A program made the translations under genes and the position numbers. Shown piece by piece: positions 1 through 6,873 of a DNA stretch of 64,000 nt. The stretch spans positions 30,348 to 94,347 of the forward strand of contig JAVBLB010000007.1 in assembly GCA_031553735.1 (NCBI GenBank), given 5' to 3'. This stretch comes from Candidatus Adiutrix sp. GTDB taxonomy: Bacteria; Desulfobacterota; Desulfarculia; Adiutricales; Adiutricaceae. Position 1 is the first letter of the stretch. Each line of letters begins with the position of its first letter. Below the pieces are notes generated by a model. That model had not been told where the DNA came from and did not search any database. It saw only the letters and a list, made by a program, of their open reading frames with translations.

Positions 1-216
1 CTGGCTTTGCAGCTCCCGGCACGTCTGGATCATGGCGGCCACTTCCTTGCTCTTGTCCTGGGATTCGGTGATGGCGTCCATGTGGTTCACGGCCTGGGTC
101 TTGCATTGTTCGGCCAGGGCCAGTTGCAGCTTGGCGAACAGCAATTGGAGGCTCTGGGTTGGCCCGAGATCGATCTGCTGGCTGATTTTATTTAAGCCGA
201 TGGTGTCCACGCTCAT
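1..216 (-). CDS. T3SS needle-tip/filament-like secreted protein, second tandem paralog (5' part only; gene runs off the left edge)
   Basis: ATG (rc) at 214-216 with an AGGAGG-like RBS at 221-228. My translation is MSVDTIGLNKISQQIDLGPTQSLQLLFAKLQLALAEQCKTQAVNHMDAITESQDKSKEVAAMIQTCRELQSQ. From GPTQ onward it is about 85% identical to the N-terminus of the 233..871 product. It is missing from the ORF track because it is truncated by the window edge. Confidence 0.55.
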   Translation of the reverse strand, partial: MSVDTIGLNKISQQIDLGPTQSLQLLFAKLQLALAEQCKTQAVNHMDAITESQDKSKEVAAMIQTCRELQSQ

Positions 217-232
217 GGCGGCCTCCTGTTTT

Positions 233-871
233 TTACTGACCCCGGGCGATGGCGGTCAGGGTCTGGCTGCTCTGCTGGATGGCGCTGTTGGCCCCCTGGA
301 GGTAGGAATTGTACTGCCCCATGAAATCCTGGATGAAGACCATCTTCTGCTGGGTGTCCGTGCCGAGCTGCTCCTGGTAATTCCTGAGGGAGGTGATGTT
401 CACCTCCCAGCCGTCCTTATCGAAGAACCGGCCATCGTTGGCCTTGTCCAGGGCCAGGCCGTTATCTTCCATGAACTTTTTGATTTCGGGCGGAATGGCG
501 GTCTCGTCACTGTCCATTTTCTTGTACATTTGCTCCCACGGCTGCGTCATTCCAGGATGATCTTTTTCCCACTTTGTTATCAGGGCGTCATGCTCGGCCG
601 CAGTCAGAACCCTGCCGCTGTTTACTTCGTAATAACCGCCGCCTTCCTTGTTCTTGGCCTGGCTTTGCAGCTCCCGGCAGGTCTGGATCATCTTGGCCAC
701 TTCCTTGCTCTTTTCCTGGGCCTCGGCGATGGCGTCCATATAGTTCATGGCCTGGGTCTTGCACTGTTCGGCCAAAGTCAGTTGGAGCTTGGCGAACAGC
801 AGTTGGAGGCTCTGGGTGGGGCCAAGACCAACCTGGTCGTTGAGGGTATTTATTTTGATATCGGCGCTCAT
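233..871 (-). CDS. T3SS needle-tip / filament-like secreted protein (LcrV/SipD/EspA-class coiled-coil protein, short form)
   Basis: 212 aa. It sits directly downstream of an LcrG-sized gene inside a Ysc-type T3SS locus. N-terminal amphipathic helix LQLLFAKLQLTLAEQ. The C-terminal helix ...QDFMGQYNSYLQGANSAIQQSSQTLTAIARGQ recalls the C-terminal helices of LcrV (..RFNSAIEALNRF..), SipD and EspA. No signal peptide or TM segment. The family assignment is from memory of motifs, not a search. Confidence 0.45.
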   Translation of the reverse strand: MSADIKINTLNDQVGLGPTQSLQLLFAKLQLTLAEQCKTQAMNYMDAIAEAQEKSKEVAKMIQTCRELQSQAKNKEGGGYYEVNSGRVLTAAEHDALITKWEKDHPGMTQPWEQMYKKMDSDETAIPPEIKKFMEDNGLALDKANDGRFFDKDGWEVNITSLRNYQEQLGTDTQQKMVFIQDFMGQYNSYLQGANSAIQQSSQTLTAIARGQ

Positions 872-902
872 GACAACCTCCCTAGGAATGCGGCGGCGAA
901 GT

Positions 903-1193
903 TTACAGCTTGATGGCCCCGGGCCGGGCGCCGGCGGGCCGGTTGGCCGGGGTATTTTCCGGGGCCTGGCTCCGGCGGCGTTCCCCCTCGCGCCGGGCCT
1001 CGGCCCGGGCTTCTTCCAGAGCCCGCTTCACTTCCGGAGGCTGCCGGTCCGGGTCCAGGCCCCGCAGTTCGGCTCCGGTGGCGCCGGCCTCTTTCATCCT
1101 CTGGTCGAAGAGGCTGTTGAGCCGGGACAGTTCCTCCTTGAGGATGGCCAAGCGTTGTTCCTGTTTTTTCAAATCGTCTTCAGTGAAGGGCAT
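903..1193 (-). CDS. small coiled-coil protein, possible LcrG/PcrG-like tip-protein partner
   Basis: 96 aa (LcrG is about 95 aa). It lies immediately upstream of the tip-like gene. N-terminal helix, then a basic Pro/Arg-rich tail ending RPGAIKL (compare LcrG ...MMRGQII). A sigma-54 promoter match lies 45 nt upstream. The assignment is positional and compositional. Confidence 0.35.
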   Translation of the reverse strand: MPFTEDDLKKQEQRLAILKEELSRLNSLFDQRMKEAGATGAELRGLDPDRQPPEVKRALEEARAEARREGERRRSQAPENTPANRPAGARPGAIKL

Positions 1194-1237
1194 GGGTTCC
1201 TCCTGGCTGTTGAAAATGGGTGGCTGACCAGATAAAG

Positions 1238-1253
1238 AGCAAAGAGTGGGCCA
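1238..1253 (-). promoter_or_regulatory. sigma-54 (-24/-12) promoter candidate for the LcrG-like/tip gene unit
   Basis: The reverse complement reads TGGCCCACTCTTTGCT. This gives GG-N10-GC spacing and a TTGCT -12 element (consensus TGGCAC-N5-TTGCW), about 45 nt upstream of the ATG at 1193. Confidence 0.55.
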
Positions 1254-1424
1254 AGCGTAATCCCGGCTCTGGTCATTCGTAAAAGCTTATACAGCATGGC
1301 TTTCCCGGCGGTCTCATTCCACCGGCTCCCTTTCTCGGGGCGGCCGCCAACCCTGGTTGACGCTACGGGCCCCATGGTCCGGCAACTTTGTTGGCGCCAA
1401 CTTCGGCGGCCGTCAGGGGCCGCT

Positions 1425-3398
1425 TCAGGGGTTGGCCGCCCGGGTGGTGAAAGACACCAGGGTGATGTCGTCCGACTGGGGCGCCGCGCCCCGGAAGGCC
1501 AGCACCTGGTCATAGATGTGTTGATTCAGCTCGGCCGGTTCCAGGTCGGCCCCGGCCCGGAGCAGGGTTTCCAGGCGGCTCTGTTCGAAAAACCCGCCGG
1601 CCTCGTTCTGGGCCTCGGTGATGCCGTCGGTGTACAGGAGGCAGATTTCCCCCGGTTCCAGGCGATCGTGGCAGGCGATGTAGACCCAGCCGTCCAGCGC
1701 CCCGACCAGGGGGCCGCTGAGGCCCTCCAAAGTCCGGAGCCCCTTCGGCCCACCGGCGGCCCCCCTCACCACCAAAGGTTGGCAATGGCCGCCGTTGGCG
1801 TATTCCAGAGTCCCGTCGGCGGGATCGAACAGGCCGATGAACAGGGTCACGAACATGGACCCCGGGTTCCCGGAATACAGCCGGGCGTTGACCTGGGTCA
1901 TGGCCTCGGCCGGGCCCAGGCCCTGCCCCATGATGGTCTGGCGGACCAGGGTGACGGTCATGGCCATGAACAGGGCCGACGGCACCCCCTTGTCGGAGAC
2001 GTCGCCGATGACCAGCGCCCGCCGGCCGTCCGGGGCGGTGAAGAAATCATATAGGTCCCCGCCCACCTCCTTGGCCGGCCGCAAGAGGGCCCGGGCGGTC
2101 AGGGCCCGGTCGCCGGGCCAGGGCTCGGGGGACGGGAGGATGCCCAGCTGGATCTCCCGGGCGGCCCCCAGTTCGCCCTCCAGCCGCTCCTTGACGGCGG
2201 TGGCGGCCATCAGCTCCCGGACGTTTTGGATCAGGGCCTGGCCCATCTGCCGGAAGGCGGCCGAGAGGCGGCCGACCTCGTCAGGCCGCTCCCGGGGCAG
2301 GTCCCGGATGAGGGCGGCTTCGGCCCCGGGCGAACTGAAATCCACCGCCGCCAGGTCCAGGGCCTTGAGGCTCAAGCTTTTCAGCGGGCTGGTCAGGCGG
2401 GTGGCGAAATAGAAACCGGCCGAAAGGGCCAGGCCCATGATCAGAAAACCCAGCGTCAGCATGTGCCGGGCCACGGCCCGGGCCGGCTGGGAGACGGCCG
2501 CTTCGGGCACGCTCAGGGCGATGAACCAGTCCAGGGGCTTGAAGTATTGCAGATGGAGCAGCACCTTGGGCTGGTCCGGCCCGGCCAGGCTCACCACCCG
2601 CTCCAGCTCCCCGCTCCGCCGGACCTCGTCCAAAAGAGACCGGGTCAAAAGCGCGCTGTCCTGGGCCCCCTGATGGGCCAGAATGGCCCCCCGCCCGTTC
2701 AGGAGGCTCACCCCGGCCTGGGGCGGCAGCCTCAATTCCTGGAAGCGGGCCTGGAGCCCGGCGACAATGGACCGGACCCCGCCGGAGCCGTTCAGGGCCG
2801 GATCGGTGAGGGGGCTGACGATGACCAGGGCCTGGCCCGACCCGGCCTGCGGCAACAAAAGGGCCAGGAAAACGGCCTCGGGCCGCTCGGCCAGCCGGGC
2901 GCTGAAAACCAGGAACTCGCCGTCCGGCGACAGGGTGTCCTCGATGCGGCTCTTGAGGGACCGGCCGGTGAAGTCCCGCAGTTCGGCCCAGTCGTCGATG
3001 CGGCTGAAACGGTCCAGGGGCGGGGCCAGGCGACCGTCGGCTTCCACCCGGGTGGCCAGGAGGCCCAGGCCGCTGAGATGCCCCACCTGATGGCCGATCA
3101 GGCGCCGGCGCTGGTCCTCGGGCAGGGCCGCCAGGTCTTCCCAGTTGCGGCTGACGAAGAGGCCGATTTTCCGCAAATTTTCTTTCTGGCGCATCACCTC
3201 CACCACCTGGCCGGTCAGGTAGGCCAGGTAGCGGGATCCGAGGTTGTCCCGCACCAGGGTGGATACGTTGCGCAGGTTTCCCAGAGCCGTCTCCTGATAA
3301 CTCTCCTTGAGGTTGGCGGCGGTGTAGAAGCTGTACGGCGCCACGGCCAGCCCCACCGACAGGGCCAGCAGACCCAGCAATTTGCTCCGCAGGGACAT
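1425..3398 (-). CDS. membrane sensor PP2C (SpoIIE/RsbU-type) serine phosphatase with periplasmic domain and HAMP
   Basis: 657 aa. N-terminal signal anchor, a roughly 300-aa extracytoplasmic region, a second TM (MLTLGFLIMGLALSAGFYFATRL) and a HAMP-like linker. C-terminal PP2C motifs: GGDLYDFF, VIGDVSDKGVPSALFMAMT, LYTDGITEA. Confidence 0.8.
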   Translation of the reverse strand: MSLRSKLLGLLALSVGLAVAPYSFYTAANLKESYQETALGNLRNVSTLVRDNLGSRYLAYLTGQVVEVMRQKENLRKIGLFVSRNWEDLAALPEDQRRRLIGHQVGHLSGLGLLATRVEADGRLAPPLDRFSRIDDWAELRDFTGRSLKSRIEDTLSPDGEFLVFSARLAERPEAVFLALLLPQAGSGQALVIVSPLTDPALNGSGGVRSIVAGLQARFQELRLPPQAGVSLLNGRGAILAHQGAQDSALLTRSLLDEVRRSGELERVVSLAGPDQPKVLLHLQYFKPLDWFIALSVPEAAVSQPARAVARHMLTLGFLIMGLALSAGFYFATRLTSPLKSLSLKALDLAAVDFSSPGAEAALIRDLPRERPDEVGRLSAAFRQMGQALIQNVRELMAATAVKERLEGELGAAREIQLGILPSPEPWPGDRALTARALLRPAKEVGGDLYDFFTAPDGRRALVIGDVSDKGVPSALFMAMTVTLVRQTIMGQGLGPAEAMTQVNARLYSGNPGSMFVTLFIGLFDPADGTLEYANGGHCQPLVVRGAAGGPKGLRTLEGLSGPLVGALDGWVYIACHDRLEPGEICLLYTDGITEAQNEAGGFFEQSRLETLLRAGADLEPAELNQHIYDQVLAFRGAAPQSDDITLVSFTTRAANP

Positions 3399-3401
3399 AG
3401 G

Positions 3402-4715
3402 CTATTCCAATCCCAGGCGCTTGAGTTTTTTGCGCAGCCCCTCGCGGGAAAGCCCCAGCTCCCGGGCCGCGCGGGTCTTGTTGGACCCGTGGCGGGCCAG
3501 GGTTTCCACAATGGCCTGCCGTTCCAGGTTTTGCAGCACCGGGCCGGTTTCCTCAGGCTTCGTCTCCGGCGGCCGCCGCCATTCCGTTTCCCGGGGCTGT
3601 TCCTCCCCGCGCAGACGGGGCGAAAGGTCGGCGGGGGTGATGATCTCGCCCACGGTCAGGGCGGCGGCCCGCTCCATTTCGTTGTTCAGCTCCCGGACGT
3701 TGCCCGGCCAGGGGTAGTGTTGCAGGAGGGCCGCGGCCTCCCGCGAAAGGTCCAGCGGCGGCCGGCCCAGGCGGGCGGCGTGGCGGCCCAGAAATAAACG
3801 GGCCAGGAGCAGGACGTCGTTGCCCCGGTCCCGGAGGGGGGGCAGGCGCACTTCGGCCACGTTGAGCCGGTAATAGAGGTCTTCCCGAAACCGCTTGTGC
3901 TCCACGGCGGTCAGGATATCGGCGTTGGTGGCCGAAATGACCAGGAGATCCACCGGGATCGGCCGGGAGCCGCCCACCCGCTGCACTTCCTTTTCCTCCA
4001 GCACCCGCAACAGCTTGGCCTGGTTGGCCAGGCTCATCTCGCCCAGTTCGTCCAGAAACAGGGTGCCCCCGCTGGCGGCCTCGATCAGGCCCCGCCGCTG
4101 GTTGACGCCCGTGGCCACTCCCTTTTCGATGCCGAACATCTCGCTTTCGAACAGGGTCTCGGGGATGGCCGTGCAGTTGACGGCGATGAAGTCGCTCTCC
4201 CGCCGGGCGGAGTTGTAATGGATCATTTTGGCCACCACCTCCTTGCCCGCGCCGGTGGGCCCCAGAATCATGGTGTTTATGGGCCGGTGGGCGATGGACA
4301 TGGCCATCTCGGTCACCCGCCGGATGGCCGGGCACTGGCCCACCATCTGGCGGGGGCCGTAGGTTTCGTAGACAGCCTGGGTCAGGGCCTGATTGCGCCG
4401 GGCCAGGAAATCGCGCCCCTCGGTCAGAGCCTGATTCTTTTCGGCCAGTTCCCGGATGAGGTCCTCCCGGTTCATTTTGCGGGCCTCCAGCTTGACCAGC
4501 ATCAGACCGAAGGCCTCGGCCAGGCGGACCAACTGGGGCGGGCCGGCGCTCTGGGCGGTAAGGCGATAGAGTTCGGCCTCGCTGGCCGGACGGTCCCAGG
4601 CCAGGTCGTCGCAAAGTTCGATCAGCACGTCCAAAAGCCGGGGGGCCTCGGCCAGCGAGGCCGGGGAAATTGCCGGATTTTCAGGTGGAATCAGCCGCTC
4701 GGTCATGATCTTCAC
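3402..4715 (-). CDS. sigma-54 enhancer-binding protein (AAA+ / Fis-HTH) lacking a receiver domain; variant GAFTGA loop
   Basis: 437 aa. Walker A GPTGAGKE, Walker B TLFLDELGEM, WPGNVRELNN, and a C-terminal HTH (NKTRAARELGLSREGLRKKLKRLG). The sigma-54 contact loop reads EKGVATGV where EBPs normally have GAFTGA. Confidence 0.8.
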   Translation of the reverse strand: MKIMTERLIPPENPAISPASLAEAPRLLDVLIELCDDLAWDRPASEAELYRLTAQSAGPPQLVRLAEAFGLMLVKLEARKMNREDLIRELAEKNQALTEGRDFLARRNQALTQAVYETYGPRQMVGQCPAIRRVTEMAMSIAHRPINTMILGPTGAGKEVVAKMIHYNSARRESDFIAVNCTAIPETLFESEMFGIEKGVATGVNQRRGLIEAASGGTLFLDELGEMSLANQAKLLRVLEEKEVQRVGGSRPIPVDLLVISATNADILTAVEHKRFREDLYYRLNVAEVRLPPLRDRGNDVLLLARLFLGRHAARLGRPPLDLSREAAALLQHYPWPGNVRELNNEMERAAALTVGEIITPADLSPRLRGEEQPRETEWRRPPETKPEETGPVLQNLERQAIVETLARHGSNKTRAARELGLSREGLRKKLKRLGLE

Positions 4716-5755
4716 CTCTGTTCCCGGAGGCTCTGGACCCAGCGCAGCACCTCGGCCACGGGGGCCAGGAGGTTTTTGGGGATGGAAGCGTCTTCCTGCC
4801 CGTCCTCATACAGCTGCCGGGCCAGGGAAGCCTGGCGCAGAATGGGGATGCCCTCCTCCCTGGCCACGGTGATCATGCGCCGGGCCAGGTGATCCTCGCC
4901 TTTGGCCAGCACCACCGGGAGCGGGGTCCGGTCCCGGTCGTAGTCCAGGGCCACGGCCACGTGAGTGGGGTTGACCACCAGCACCTTGGCCTTGCGCACC
5001 CGGCCCAGGGTGTCCTGGTTGGCCATTTCCTGGTGCAGCTGCCGCCGCCGGGACTTGATGAGCGGATCGCCCTCCATGTCCTTGTATTCCCGCTTAACCT
5101 CGTCTTTGGTCATCATATGTTCCTTGGTGTAGCGAAAGCGCGTGAAAACATAGTCCACGGCGGCCAGGACGGAGAAGGCCACGGCCGCGTGCAGGGCCAG
5201 ATCCAGACAGGCGCCGGTGAGCACCGTCCACATGGCGTCGAGATCCCGTTCCGGAATGACGAACAGCTCCCGAAAACGATCCTTCAACACCAGCCAGACC
5301 GCCCCGGACAGCACCCCCACCTTCAGAAAATTCTTGACCAGTTCCAGGGCGTTCTTTTTGGAAAAAGTCTTCTTGAACCAGCGACCCGGGCTGAGATTCT
5401 CCATCTTCGGCAGAGCCCCCTTGAAGGCGAAGAGGACGCCCACCTGGCCCAGGTTGGCCAAGAGGGACGCCGCCACCGCCAGGATCACCAGCGGAGCCAG
5501 AATCGAGAGCGAACCCTCGATGACATACCCGGCGGCCCGGCTCAAGGCCTCATCGAAGGGCCGGTCCATCTGGGCGAACACCCCGGCGGCCATTTCGGTG
5601 ACGATGCGGAACAGGTCCTCGCCCCGGAGCAGGAAATAAACCACCACCACCAATACCACCAGAGCCGAAGCCACCTCCGGGCTCTTGGGCACGTCCCCCT
5701 TTTCCCGGGCCTCCCGCAGCCGCTTTGGAGTTGGTTGTTCAGTCTTCTCGCTCAT
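4712..5755 (-). CDS. sctU: T3SS export-apparatus switch protein SctU (YscU/FlhB family)
   Basis: 347 aa. Family-typical N-terminus MSEKTEQPTPKRLREAREKGDVPKS, four TM segments, and the NPTH autocleavage motif (VVNPTHVAVAL). Context is sctS-sctT. Confidence 0.9.
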   Translation of the reverse strand: MSEKTEQPTPKRLREAREKGDVPKSPEVASALVVLVVVVYFLLRGEDLFRIVTEMAAGVFAQMDRPFDEALSRAAGYVIEGSLSILAPLVILAVAASLLANLGQVGVLFAFKGALPKMENLSPGRWFKKTFSKKNALELVKNFLKVGVLSGAVWLVLKDRFRELFVIPERDLDAMWTVLTGACLDLALHAAVAFSVLAAVDYVFTRFRYTKEHMMTKDEVKREYKDMEGDPLIKSRRRQLHQEMANQDTLGRVRKAKVLVVNPTHVAVALDYDRDRTPLPVVLAKGEDHLARRMITVAREEGIPILRQASLARQLYEDGQEDASIPKNLLAPVAEVLRWVQSLREQR

Positions 5756-5773
5756 GAGCGCCTCCGGCGGTCC

Positions 5774-6592
5774 TCAGAAGCCGGGCCAGATGCTTTTCAG
5801 CCCCTGGATGGCCTGGGCCAGATCGTTGAACAGGGCCGGGGCCTGGCGGGTGAACAGGGCCAGGAAAATTAGAACCAGGAACATGGTCAGCCCGCTTTTG
5901 ATGGGCATGGCCAGGATATAGACGTTCAACTGCGAGGCGAAGCGGTTGATGAGCCCCAGGGCCACGTCGGTCAGGAGCGAAGCCACCACCACCGGCCCGG
6001 CCAGAAGGAGCATCACCAACATCAGCCAGTCCAACAGTCCCCCGAAAAAGAGCGGCAGTTCGGCGTTCAGGGACGGCCACCAGGCGAAGACCGGCCAGAA
6101 CAGGTAGGACTGGTAGAACAGAGCCAAAAAGCTCCCGAAGGCCCCGCTGACAAAAAACAGCACCACCAGATACTGGAACAAGAGCGAGGCCAGGGGGCTG
6201 GCCTCCTCCCCGGAGAGCGGGTCGGTTCCGGCGGCCATGGCCGCCCCCCGCTGGTTGTCCATCACAAACCCGGCGCTCTGGACGGCCCAGAAAACCATGC
6301 TCGCGGCCAGGGCCAGCACGAAACCCACCCCGGCCTCCTTGGCCGCCAGCCCCAGATAGACCAGGAACCAGGCCGCCGACCAGCCGGCCCCGGGCGGCAC
6401 CTGGGACCATAAGAGAGGATGCAGCACCAGGTACAGGGCGAAGAGCACGGCGGCCTTCACCTGGCCGCTCAAGAGCTGCCCGCCCATAAAAGGGGCCACG
6501 ATCAGCAGCATCAACAGCCTCGGCAGGCCCAGCAACACCGCCAGCAGGTGGGGCCGCACCTCCGGCAGATCGGCCATTTCCATCCAGCCCAT
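5774..6592 (-). CDS. sctT: T3SS export-gate protein SctT (YscT/FliR family)
   Basis: 272-aa polytopic membrane protein located between sctS and sctU. Length and hydrophobic pattern match FliR/YscT. Confidence 0.8.
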   Translation of the reverse strand: MGWMEMADLPEVRPHLLAVLLGLPRLLMLLIVAPFMGGQLLSGQVKAAVLFALYLVLHPLLWSQVPPGAGWSAAWFLVYLGLAAKEAGVGFVLALAASMVFWAVQSAGFVMDNQRGAAMAAGTDPLSGEEASPLASLLFQYLVVLFFVSGAFGSFLALFYQSYLFWPVFAWWPSLNAELPLFFGGLLDWLMLVMLLLAGPVVVASLLTDVALGLINRFASQLNVYILAMPIKSGLTMFLVLIFLALFTRQAPALFNDLAQAIQGLKSIWPGF

Positions 6593-6601
6593 GGATTTGC
6601 C

Positions 6602-6862
6602 TCAGATCACATAAAATTTGTCGAAAATCTCCCGCGCGAAGCGGAGAATTTCGGCGCTGAACCAGCCGGCGGTGAGAAACAGGGTGGCCACCACGGCGAT
6701 GAGCTTGACCCCGAAGCTCAGGGTCTGCTCCTGCAATTGGGTGATGGCCTGGAACAGGCTCAGGGCCAGGCCCACCACCGAGGCCACCACTATGGGCGGC
6801 ATCGAGAGGATGAGCACCAGGCTCATGGCCTTGGATATGTACATCAGGGCGGTGGCTTCCAT
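6602..6862 (-). CDS. sctS: T3SS export-gate protein SctS (YscS/FliQ family)
   Basis: 86-aa product MEATALMYISKAMSLVLILSMPPIVVASVVGLALSLFQAITQLQEQTLSF.. (FliQ/YscS pattern). I take the internal ATG at 6860-6862. The 225-aa track ORF (to 7279) would overlap sctV and its extra part is Gly/Pro/Arg shadow sequence. Confidence 0.85.
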   Translation of the reverse strand: MEATALMYISKAMSLVLILSMPPIVVASVVGLALSLFQAITQLQEQTLSFGVKLIAVVATLFLTAGWFSAEILRFAREIFDKFYVI

Positions 6863-6873
6863 AATTATCCCTT

